Positions 24,131-35,339 of a stretch of DNA of 64,000 nucleotides are shown here, in pieces. This DNA is from Raillietiella orientalis (Eukaryota). How positions within the stretch are numbered: position 1 is the first letter of the stretch; each line of letters starts with the position of its first letter. The position numbers were made by a program, and so were the translations under genes. The DNA lies in contig JAYWIR010000001.1 of NCBI GenBank assembly GCA_036172245.1, positions 5,518,001 to 5,582,000 of the forward strand, written 5' to 3'. Below the pieces are notes generated by a model. The model made no database searches, was not told the origin of the DNA, and was given only the letters and a program-made list of their open reading frames with translations.

Positions 24131-24819
24131 GAAAAAACTGACCCAACCGGATAGCGACTCCCGGAGTCAAGGAACGGCCGCACGACGTTCCTGATGTACT
24201 CCCATGCACCTCAAGGTACCCCGCAAGAAGCAGCCATCTGAGAAGGAGCTGGAAAGCGACGTTGGCAAAGTGTTTCTGCACCAGAGGAGACGCCAGCTTG
24301 CTTAGCAAGCTTCAGGAAAGCTAGACACCCCAATATCAGTAATGGCAGCCCATAATGTATGGCGAACCCATGGCCACCATGGGCTCCACCAGAGAAAAAG
24401 AAGGACAGTTTCATTGCAGATTCACTGGATGCCTCAGAAACGCAATCATCCTCGACCCCAAATCCAGTGAAGCCCAAAAAACGAACCATCACCTCATGCC
24501 ACATGCCACCGTTTTTCGCCAACCGAGACCCCGGCTAGGAAAATAACCTCTTCGATGCTCTATCTTGCATGTGGCACTTCCAGCAGGAGTGGCACCCCCA
24601 TTATCGTCGTCGTATTCCTAGCCCTCGTCATCAGTCCCACCATAAGTAGTCGAGGAGGCCGAAAGGAAACTCTCTGCAAGATCGCAGCTAACATGGCCGG
24701 GGAGCACTTCGAAACATAGCCGAGTCTCCCCACAAATGTGGATGAGGAGGAGTGACCTAGGAAAAGTTCTCTTGTTGGGGGGAGGGGGAGGGAACAAGTA
24801 CTCCCATCATCGCCAATTC

Positions 24820-25050
24820 GTCCTCTCTTTCTCCTTTTAGTCATCTTCATTTTAATCTTCTTGATCATCTTCCTCCTATTCTTCTTCATGCTCTTCTTCT
24901 TCCTCCTCATCACCATCTTCTTGATCATCTTACTCTCCTTCGTCGTCGTCGTCATCTTCCTCTTCATCTTATCGGAGCTCTCCTTCATCATTTTCATCAT
25001 CATCAACGTCATAAACAATAACAACAACAAAAACTGTGTGGTCATCATTC
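24820..25050. repeat. Degenerate (TCA/TCT/TCC)n trinucleotide tract
   Basis: Period-3 pattern is directly visible and explains the low-complexity ORFs 24560-25048 and 24861-25658. Confidence 0.9.
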
Positions 25051-26299
25051 TTCCTTTCTGCTATTGCTCCTTCTCTCCGGTGGCGCCGAGCTGCGCGGTG
25101 CAGCGGAATCTTCCAGCGCATCTGCGCGTTAAGGCTTTTCCCCAACGGCGTCCGGCGTTCCTCCGTCTTGGCAGGATCCGACCGGCATCCTCTTCCTCCT
25201 GCTCTCGCTTCCCTCCAGGGGAGAACCGGCCACATCCCCCTTCCTTCCCATTCCTCCCCCCTGCTCTCCTGCTGGGAGGAGCCGTGCTCCACCTCGCCGC
25301 GAATGCGAGGCCGGGTGAGGAGCTGACCTCTTCCCGAGGGTGCAGAACTCGCGGCGGCAAGAGGGAACTTGCGGGCCGGTCGTCGTCTCCCACCTTCCTC
25401 CCTCCTTCCCCCCCTTTCCTGCCTGCAGCTCCCTCCTCTTCCCCTCCCGGCAGAGGGGAGAGCGCGTGGCGGCTGGCCGAACGGGAGGTAGGTGGGACTG
25501 CCGGGAGCGCGTTCCGGGATGCGCGAGGCTCCCGGAATGCCGCTCGCTCGCACTGCCCGCATCGAAATTCCGGACGCGGAGCGATTAGGGACGCGCCGCG
25601 ACGTCCCTTTATCCATTTATTATGCGACCGCTTCCCGGAGGCCTTCCGTCCCTTATGAAGCGCTTGCTCTGGGAATGCATAAATAGAAACAGAATGTCCC
25701 CTTTAAGCGTCCCTCTGCATCTTTATTGCGCGCGGATCCTCGGATATCTGCCGGGAGGAGGGACGACGAGAGGGAGAAGGCGAGCGGGGAGAAACACGTC
25801 GCTCCCCTGCCTATCCTACTCCCCGGAGGAGAAAGAAGAAAACGAAAAAAAAAAAAAAAAGGTAAAAAGGGGGGAGGAAAACGAGGAGAAGGAGGAGGAG
25901 GAGAACAGGGAAGACACGGGAATGGGGGAGAAGGAGTCCTTTAAACTCCCGTTTAAATGCATTGATTTTCGAGCTTTGCCGCTTTGCTGATTCACCGGCT
26001 GAGACGGGCGGCGCGCCCCCTCGGTCGTTACCGTCCTCATTCTGGGAATTGATCCTCGGAGGGCGCCGTCCAATTTATCGGTCTGATAAATTGACAAATG
26101 TCAAGGATGAGGAAGGGAGGAAACTCGCCCTTCCAAGGCACTCGATAGAGAGGGCATTCTTTCTCCCCCCCCTCCCTCCCTTCCTTGCCTACGGCCCCCG
26201 GCTTCCTGGTCTGGGGTAGCACAGCCGGGGGGGGGGGGAGAGCGCTTCCTTCTAGCCCCTCCTTCTGGGGTTTGGGCGCCGCTAGGGGTGACCGCGAGG

Positions 26300-28950
26300 C
26301 GCGGCTCAGGGGAGTCTTCCCTTTCGCGTCGGGATATCCGCGGCTCCCAGAAGCGCTAGCCGCAGACCAGCAAGGGTCGTGCTAGGGGTCATTCCGGTGA
26401 CATGGTCATCCTGCTGGATCCGAGGTTCCTCGCGGTAGGGGAAGGGTACGCGACTGGAGAAGGCGTCGCTGGTTGGAAGGGTTGCTGGCCGGGAGGCAGA
26501 GGCTGCAAGGTTGGGGAATGTCAAGGATGTGCAGAACCCACATCGAATTTCGATGCGGGTTCTGCACATCCTTGACATTTGCGCAAAGGAGCTGCGCGTG
26601 AAGCTGAGGTGGCGCGCTCCACTTTCCTTCCCCATTCGAAAATTCCAGCCCCCTCTCGAAGCTGGTAAACGACGATCAGAGAGCAGGCTGCTCGTTCGGG
26701 TGGTCCATCGCGATGCCGACAAGCTGCAAAGGGGCGATTGAGAACTTTACTACTTCCCTCTTTTGCGCTTGGTCCACCTTCCCTTTCGATCTTCCCTTCC
26801 ACGCCTCCCATTCCAAAACACAGGCGGGGTTTCTCTTTCAGAATCCACGCGCAAGCGCCTATGTGATCTGCAGTGCTGCACAGTTTCCAGGGATGACAAA
26901 GTGCAGCCTTGCCCTGGATCGGTACCACGACCTTGCGTACAGAACGTAAGGCGTTTCTGGGGAGTTCTCACCCAGTCACGACTGGTAAGGACCTTTTTGT
27001 GACGTTCTTACTCTGCGCACCAGGACAACAACGCTTCTGGGCATTCTTATCAGGTCACGCCGGGACTAGAACGTTTCTGATACGGAGCCCCGCTCGCGCG
27101 CGCCAGGATCTCCCCGCGCTTTCAGTGAGGAGCGTCCCCTAGGATTCCAGCTCGCGTTCTGGTGCTGCTTCTGTAGCTGTCGCTCTCGTGCTCAGTGTGC
27201 CGCGCGAGTGAAAAATGGTGATGGGCAGCTCGGGTTCCCCGAAGACGCCTGCGGAGGACGAAGAACATCTTCGGCACTCCACCTACGGTTCAGAGCTCAT
27301 CTCCTTCCTTCCTTTCTTTCTTTTTCTACGGCCTACGGCGGGGGCGCTTCATTGGACGGACTTCTCTGGCGATCCTCAGGAGCTACCCGGTCGCCGACTC
27401 TCTTCCCCTTCATTTCTTTCGCTCGAAGGAACGTCGCTTAGCTCTGGGGTCTCACGGCCTTCCCCGTTCCGCATCAGACAGCCTTTGCGCCGCCAGTGGT
27501 CTCTCGTCATTCGCCGAACGCACCTTCGCACTGCAAAATGCAGCTCCTTGCTCTCCCGTTCCGAACTGCCCCTGCCTGAGGAACATCGCCTCCTCAGGCC
27601 GCTTCCTCTCTGCTCGTTCCGGGTCCTCCCGCCTTTTCTTCCTGAAGAGAAGGCTCCGGAAAAAGTTGGCGAGCCACCCGCGCGCGCCCGCGGCACGGGT
27701 GACAAGTGGACGCCAGTTACGAGGAGGGAGACGCCATACCCTTAGGAACGAGGATTGACCAGCCAAAGGGCATCTCGAAAAATAAAGGGGATAAGTAAAG
27801 GGGATCTGCTCCCTGAAAATGATGATGACCGGGCGATAATCTGAAGAACGAACTGCGTGCGCAACCGAGCCGGATCTCAAAGAGCAGCCACCGAGTTCTC
27901 GAAGCGTCGAAATTCCTGACGTCAGGGGTGACCTGAAAGCGACCTTCATTCCAGCTGGCTGCTTATCCGGGCAGCCATGTTTTCCAAAATTTCTTCTCTT
28001 CGGAGTCGCTTTGCCCTGAAGAGTCCAGAAGGGCGCAGGGTAATTTGTTCTGCGAAGCAACCGAATAATCCGAAAGTTTTGTCTGACATCCGTTGCCAAG
28101 AAACCCTCCGAAGAAAATCTCCGAACCTTCGGATCAATGCTTGTCAAAGCTCCAATTTCCTCCCTATCTTTAGACGGATGCGCCAATCCACAGATGGTTC
28201 CATGTGACCAGAAAGACAACAGCAACGGCGACTAAGGATCCATTAATTTCCGATTCGATTGCAGCGCGCGCTTGAAAGTTCCCGCGTGGGATGGACAGCA
28301 ACCCTTTCCAGGGGAGGGAGCATGGAGACGCACGAGTTGCCGAACTGTGTTTGTTTGTTTTACCGTTCTCACCCTCAGTAATCCCCCCTTCAAGCGGCTG
28401 TTCCCAGCGTAGAATTCCTTGGGTGAGACAGTCGGGGTAGTAGCGTCCCTCACTTTTCGAGTTGTCCACGCTCCAGAAGTTTCTTCTTCTTTGCTGCTAT
28501 GTGGCAAGTCACTTCCAACTTGCTGGGATTAGGCTATCCCTTGAATCCCTAAGGGAGGGCAGCACTGGGGCAAGGATTTTTTGCAGGTTGCGGACGATCT
28601 CCTCCAACGACTTGCGAACGTTGACGCCTCGCTACAGGCAGCCGCACCCAGCCTCGATTGCGCCGTTGATTTTTTCCTCAGGGGAAGACCGACTCCCGAA
28701 ACCAGGCAGTGCCGTTCATGGGAAGGCAGGAGATCCAGGTGTTCTCCTCCACCATAGCAACCATCTGGCGGAGTTGGCATTCGCAACGCCTCAGAAATCT
28801 CTCGCGAGCGACGAGGAGGGATGTGAGTCGCTCGCAGCCGGTTGCGCTCTTCGCGAGGAGACGTGCTGGGTGCACCAGGGCGAGGTCCATAATCTCGCTG
28901 CGAGGGCGAGTCTTCTGAGTTAATTCTCCAAAGATGATGGGAAGGAAGAT
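26300..28950 (-). mobile_element. Decayed L1/Tx1-clade ORF2 (RT region)
   Basis: Motifs in order: PDCLT/KEFY (~28410-28437), DVRQNFRIIRLL (~28060-28090), LLDSSGQSDS (~28000-28032), QGADPLYLSPLFF (~27778-27816), IQGKAALC (~26900), and FWNGRRG...KEGSSKVLN (26735-26820). Confidence 0.7.
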
Positions 28951-29149
28951 AGGAATCCTTAAAGGATTCCCATCCTACTTCCCATAGCTTCTGTAAGAAT
29001 GAGGACCTTCTTCCGAAGCAACGCTCCCTTAATTTTCATTTCCATCTGACTTCGAGACGATCAGCTTCCTGATCTCTGCAGGTGATCAGGAATCTGTTTT
29101 GTTGCCGTGGTCATCGACCGATCAGGAGGAGCTGCTACACTCCGGAGCT

Positions 29150-29545
29150 TAGGGAGAAAACTCTTTGAACACTGTCCACACCACCCGAGGGTGCGTGTCA
29201 CTCTTCAAGTCATAGGAAGTATCCCGAAAGGGGACCATCCTATGAATCCAGGAAGGTTTTCTCAAGCTTGGGAGGGGGACCTCAAAGGGAGGCTTTCGCC
29301 TTCGTGGTCTCTGGAAGGAACCTCTTATTCTCTTTGGAGAAACTCCCCGCAGAGAGCCGCTCCTGAATTTCTACTCCGGAGGCCACCCCCAAGGGAATCG
29401 CTCCTGGTTTTCTCCGCTGAAGAGAACCGCGAAAAGACGCTTCCCTATTTCTCTGAAGGGTCTCTCCCCTAAGGGAGCAGAGTCCTTCTGTAACACTCTA
29501 GAGAGGCAACCCCTTGATGTAGGTATCAACCAGCCCCACTTTGAT
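29150..29545 (-). mobile_element. tRNA-headed SINE family, copy 4 (5' truncated)
   Basis: CACCCGAGGGTGCGTGTCACTCTTCAAGT and TATGAATCCAGGAAGG match copy 3. The tRNA head is absent. Confidence 0.85.
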
Positions 29546-30099
29546 CTTAGCCAAAAGGCCGAGAAGCGATCAAAGTGTAGTATCAACCAGCTCCACGAAA
29601 GGTCAGGCGACCCTGCATCCGTTTTCAACTCGAGCTCTTCGGAAGAAACGTGGCTGTCGGTCCTGTCCGGCCGCTCGCGAAGTGTCGAGGAGCCACAGGG
29701 AACTGTGCTGGAATCTACAAAGAAGTACCCCGTAAGTTTTGCATGAAGACTCCAGACTCCCGCCGTCGACATCTCTTCTCCTCTTCCTCCTCCTCCTCTT
29801 CGTCTTCCCTAGGGGAACAGGTTCCATCATGATGTAGCACTCCCTATGCGGAGACTGAGAGCCATCTCATTTCCAGGATCGCGTCTCGTGAAAGAAGCCT
29901 GCCGTGCACGGTCACCGCCTGACCTTCGTGCAGCACAGCCGAACGCTTAAACCCAAACACGACATACCCTCGAAGGCATCAGTCCGCATGCTCTTGCTGC
30001 TGCTGCTGTTTTTTTTTTTTAAAGAATAAGAGGAAGTGGTAAAGACTCGCTGCCAATAATTTGCTTTCTTACCACGCGGGAGGTCGGTTCCCTAAGGGG

Positions 30100-33000
30100 A
30101 CTCCGCGGACAGGTACGAGTGCGGGGGGAGGATCAGGACACAGGAAAAGAGGAGAAGGAAGTGCTCTCAAGTGGCGGTCGGTGAGGGCCCTTGCTGGCGT
30201 GAGCGGGATGTGAGAAAGCCGGAAGCTGAGAACTGCGATTATCGTTCTCACCCTCTGGACCAGAAGATTGTTCGATGAACCCACTCGTTAATGGGGGGAG
30301 GCTCAAAAGAGCTCAAGCTCGTAAACGGAGGAGGCATGCGATCTCGCGGAGGGAGGATGCGCGCGTCCTGGACGCTCTGGCCGGGTAGGACGTCCCCACT
30401 TCGGCGCTTTCAGGGTGCCGCTGCTGAGGAGGCGGTGGCTGTCGATCCCCGTGGGAAAGTCTCCGGGAGGGAGGGAGATAATTTCTTGCTAGAACCAAAA
30501 TCATGGGAGGGGATGCTTGGCGCCACCACGTGACCAGGAAGGGAAGGGAATCTGCACCGTTGGGGGAAGACAGGGAACGCCTCCAGGCCGCTGCACGAGA
30601 CGCCGAGGAGACTGCTATGGAGGGGACGCGCACGCCTTTGTCGTCTTTGGGAAGAAGGTGTCGGGCTCCGGGACAGGACTGCTACTTCCGCGAGCAGAAG
30701 GGCGTAGAGGGCAGGGGAGGAAGACAAGAAAGAGGAGCAGAGGATCTCCCAGCGGAGGGAAACAGCGGGAGAGGCCCCCGGGAGTTGTGGAGGAAGATCG
30801 ACCGGTCCTCCACTGCCCGAGGAAGATTTCGGCAACTCCCTTCGCCCTTTCTCGCCCTAGAAGAAACCTCAGGGACTCGCTGCCTTTCCAGAGGCGGAAG
30901 TCGGCGAGTTCTGGAGGCCCCTTCCCGCCGTCCCGCGGTGACCAGGCCAAACGGCCGACTCTACCCGGTCGTCACGCCGAAGGCATAGAGGAGACGGAAC
31001 GGAGGGACTATCGGCTGCGCTCAAGATAGAGCGAAGCCGAAGGTAGCGGTGGCAGAGGCAGCAGCAGCAAACAAATGCGGACCGACACGCCGCTCGAGCC
31101 GGAGGGTTCTTTCGACCGCTTCTCTGCGCTTCCTGGACGACAGCGAGGTCCTGGCTCCGCGCCTTCCCGCTCCCAGATGTCGAGGCACGCAGCTGCGGGT
31201 AGAATGCGCGCGCATCTCCTCAGCTGTCTGTGGACCGGATTTGTCATTGTCTCAGCCCGATCCGGGGTCCCTTCCCGAGGAGGACTCGTCCTCTTCGGCG
31301 TACACTTCTCATTCGGAAGGACTCGGGTTCTGGCGCGGTTTGGTTGCCTCACTTCTTTCCCCCCTCGAGACTCTGCTGTTTCCAGCGGAGACTGTCTTGC
31401 GCCTGTTGCTGCTTGGACTTGCGGCTTTACGATGCCAAGCAGCAGCACTCTGGAGAAGGATCCCTGTGGACCACTACTCTTCTTATGGGCCAGAGGCCTT
31501 CCTCTTGAGGGATCCTCCCCTGCCTGGATGCAGTCTGGAGGTCGAGAAGGCGGCGGATGGATCTTTGGGAAGGATGAACAAGGAAGAAGATGTAAGATCG
31601 GCGAAGACAGATTCGGAAGTCATCGCTCAGGGTGTCAATTGCGATCCAAAAAGTGAACCAGAGGTCTTGCAGGGCGGCAACTCCCCTTTCCAAGGAGACC
31701 CGGAAGTGGAGGAGCGTCCTCGGAGGGAGGGTATGCTGGAATGGACGCCGGAGTCCCTTTTCCTTCCAGATCCTGCGAAGGATTCGCTTCTTCCATCAGC
31801 AGCGGATGCTTCCTTTTGTTCGACAAACCGTCCTCCTACCCTGGAAGAGACCGAGCCGCATCTGTGCGCGATTCTCTGACCCTGGCTCCTAACGTGCTCA
31901 AAACCGTCGGAAGACTGCCAAGCCGGATAAGGGCGGCAAGAGAGGCGCCTTTCGGAAATTTCTGGAAGAGGCGGACCGAAGCAAGTGTGAAACAGGAGGG
32001 ATATTCGTTAATCCACCCCCATTTACATATCTGTGGAGGAGGCAGAGGGAGACAGGCACCTGAGGGAATAGAGCTTGTCTTTTTCCGTTCCCGAAATTCC
32101 CAATTCTGCCCTCCATCGAGGGCGGGGGGAAGGCTGTTTCGGTGTGGAAGAGTCGGCATCATCTTCAGCACCGTGTGCTTTCCTCTCTCTTTCTATTCAT
32201 CCTACCCTCCACCTTCGCGATCTCCACCTCAGTTCCAAAGCCGTTGCTGCTCTGGTTGGCGGTCCGCTACCCTCCCCCACCCTTTCCTTATTTTTTCAAA
32301 AGCCGTTCCCAAGCTGCCTCCAGCAACTTATTCCCATCCGAATCTCTCCATCACATCCCGTTCGAGCCTAGATATCTCATGGGTTCTCCGCAGCAACCCT
32401 GGCTCGGGAGCTGGTTGTAGCAGTTATGTGTAAGGAAGACAGACGGGTCTAGCCATCTGGTGGCTTGTGGCCTTTGAAATATTCCCTCCCTTCCTCCTCT
32501 TCCCTCTTTCCTGCCCCTCTTCGATCTCCTCGTCCCCTGCGTCAGGATACTGGCTTGGGCAAACTCGACAAGAACAGCATCGAGCTGCAGGTGCCGTTTC
32601 GTATGCTGCAGCTCTGTGCCAAGCTCTGGTGCACGCCATGGTGCTTATCGGCGCCCTTCTACTTCGGCGCTGCACGGGCAGCGAAGGACTTCTTTAGCTG
32701 CTGTCCCACTTTCGGCACACCAGAAAAGGGTTTGGCTTCCCGCTGAGGCAGCTGTCCTCGCTGCTGGAAGCCCAAAGCTGGATCTTCTGCCGCCCCATGA
32801 ACACTAATGCATGGCAGCAGGAATCTGTGGCATCTTGGGCCGCTTCCGAAGGAACGCGCCCGGAAGATCTTCGAGGCCTGCGACTTCTCTTGAGTCATCC
32901 CCTGGACGGAGTCATGCAGGACAAGAAGAAGTCGGATCGTCTGGCCGCCACACCCCTTGCCTCAGCGCTGTCTGCCCTTAGAGCAAACAATAGCAGTTGC

Positions 33001-33993
33001 CTACCGGCGGAATGGGAGTTCTCCTGCACAATTGCAGGAGAGTCTAAGCTCCTCGGAGGCTGGATGACAAAGGAGCTGGTGCAAGCCGCCACTCCTCGGA
33101 ATCGGGCGAAGGGCCTTCGGTGGAGCGAACAATTAAGTGTGCCTTCCGAAGAGATAGTGGTTTGGATAGTCGATAGTAGCCCCCGTTTGTTTAGACAGCT
33201 CCGTGTTTCCCTTGAAATGGAAACAAGATGTGCTGCTGTTTTTACACTGGGGTCTCCATTGTAATCAGCGGCGAAACATCGTTTCCGGGGGAGCTGTCTC
33301 GCCAAATTGCCCGAGGTGCGGGGAGATCGAGTCGTTTCCTCATCTTCTGCTGGACTGCGGTGATCTCCGCGAACTATGGTGGAGGCTGATTTCGGCTGTC
33401 ATGCGGCAGGGAGGCACTGCCATGGACGCGCTGAGACACTTCAGTAGGAACGGACTTTCGGTAGGTCTGATGGTCGCAGCCATATGTTGCATTCGCGCCA
33501 TCGTCAAGGCCCGCTACGTCCTGGAGTTGTCAGCGCTGCGAAGGGAGGCTTGCAGCTGAATCAATGGAGAAGGCTACAAGGTGGTCTCACCTTCATGACT
33601 ATGTGAAGGAGGATATCGCCGGCATCCATCGCCGGTATGCAGACCCTTGAGAACGGCGGAATCCGGTGACCCCTGTGACCTCTCGCCCACCAGTATCCCA
33701 TCCCCGTTCGCTCCGTTGTTTTCCCGGTGCTAGTGTTTGTATCCTGGTGCCTTCCGGAGAGATTCCAAAGACCCTTGTCCCGTCCTACCCCACGTAATGT
33801 TTTTCTTTTGTTTTTTTGTTTATTCTTCCCAATCCATCACACTGTTCCGTACTGTTATTCCGGTCTGCGTGCAGATTAAATTCTCCTGATCTTTGTCCAG
33901 TCGTCGGTTGGGAACTTGGTTCCCAACTGGTTTATTTTGTATAATCCTAAATTTTATATGGAATAAATGCCCCGGCGTAACCGGATGAGAAAT
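30100..33993 (+). mobile_element. Decayed L1/Tx1-clade LINE: ORF2, 3' UTR and terminus
   Basis: GRGPRELWRK (~30770), DYRL (~31007), SALPGR (~31125), KDPCGPLLFL (~31457-31485), IFGKDE (~31561) and FGNFWK...GGGRG. Well-preserved zinc finger LHWGLHCNQRR...PNCPRCGEIESFPHLLLDC (33240-33360). Terminal motif at 33962-33993. Confidence 0.8.
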
Positions 33994-33994
33994 C

Positions 33995-34105
33995 TTCTCG
34001 TCCTCGCCATCTTCACCAGCATTATCATCTTCATCGCCAATCATCGCTGTCGTCGTCTTCTTCTCCATCACTGTCATTCTGATCATGATCATGAGCATCA
34101 TGTCA
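33995..34105. repeat. Degenerate (TCA)n tract
   Basis: catcttcaccagcattatcatcttcatcgcc...gatcatgatcatgagcatcatg is directly visible. Confidence 0.75.
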
Positions 34106-34179
34106 CGGAAGTTGCCAAGAGGGAGGAAAAGGAAGGACCCTCGTCCGATAAAGCGCAAAATAAGAAGGACGAAAACGAC

Positions 34180-34800
34180 TCCTATTTGTCCTCAAAACTC
34201 TCTCCGGGTGAGAGGCGGGGCTTGCTGGGGATTCGGACTTCGGCGCTCAGAAGCAGCTCCAGCGGATCCGCTTTGATAAAAGCAAAACTGGCTTCGTGGA
34301 ATGAACCAAACCAACTGATGAGCGCGCCATGCTTGATGACGTGCTCATGGCCCCACGAGTGTTGCTGTTGTTGGTGGTTTTCTGGTAGAGTGGAGGTTGC
34401 AATCCGCTGAGGAGCGCGAGACAACCCGGCCTTCTGAGGCGGCGGGTCCTGTAGTTGGGCTGGCTCTCGAGGGCCAATTCCGACGCTGAGGTTCCGATTA
34501 CGGCGCAGCCTCCGTGGCGGAGACGCCACTGTCCTCCAGTAGCCTTCTCTGAGATCTAAGACGGCTGGTCCAGCATGAGGTTCTGGCCAGTGAGAGCAGG
34601 ACTGCGACGGTGTGCAGGGAAGTGATTGGGCGGTTGGAAGCCGGAACAATGGGAGTCGACCTTCAAATCCCTCCAGGAATCAAGGAGTGAGGAGTTCTCC
34701 GGTCGTGCAATGGAGAGCGGACCCCCCACACCGGGGGGGACCCTTTGGGTTCGTTCAGATGGAGCACGTGCCTTCACAGGCACCTCCCCAGCTGTAAAGG
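34180..34800 (-). mobile_element. Possible LINE ORF2 C-terminal relic of a different subfamily
   Basis: SSLLDSWRDLK and ...HSWGHEHVIKHGALISWFG...FAFIKADPLELLL fit a degenerate zf-RVT region. Confidence 0.35.
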
Positions 34801-35339
34801 AGTGCTCCCCCCCGAGATGGGGGATCGGCGATGCGCGCGCGACGTCGCCCGCCCGCAGGCAGGCGGGCGAGCGCACGCGCGGTACGCTGAGATGGCCTTT
34901 CGGGGGCCGCGGCGCGGGGGCCGACGGCTAGCCTCGAATCCTCGCTTCCCACGAACAGTCGTGGTGTCGCGTCTCTTGTCCCGCGAGATGAAATCGCTTC
35001 TCAACGTTTTGGATAAGATCAAAGCGAAGTGTTTTGGCATGGGCTCGTTTGGAGCCTCCGCCGGTCAATGCACACTTCGATGTGAAACACTCCAGGCGGG
35101 GCCTGGAAGCCTGGTGCAAAGGAAAGGCCCATGCAAACCGCTCTACAGCACGAACCAGTGGCAGGAAGAGCAGACGAGACCGGGGGAGAAAGGAAGAGGT
35201 GGTGGAAGGGGGAGGAGAAAGAGGAGGAGGAAGGGGGAAGAGAAAGAGGAGGAGGAAGGGGGAGGAAGAGGTGCCTTTTGAAGAGGGTCACCAGGTAAAG
35301 AGACCAGCAGACGAAAGGAAGGAGATGGAGGTTCAAAGT

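Noticed and set aside
24560-25658. Hydrophobic (I/F/L) and K/M-rich ORFs
   Set aside because: Translations of the trinucleotide tract.
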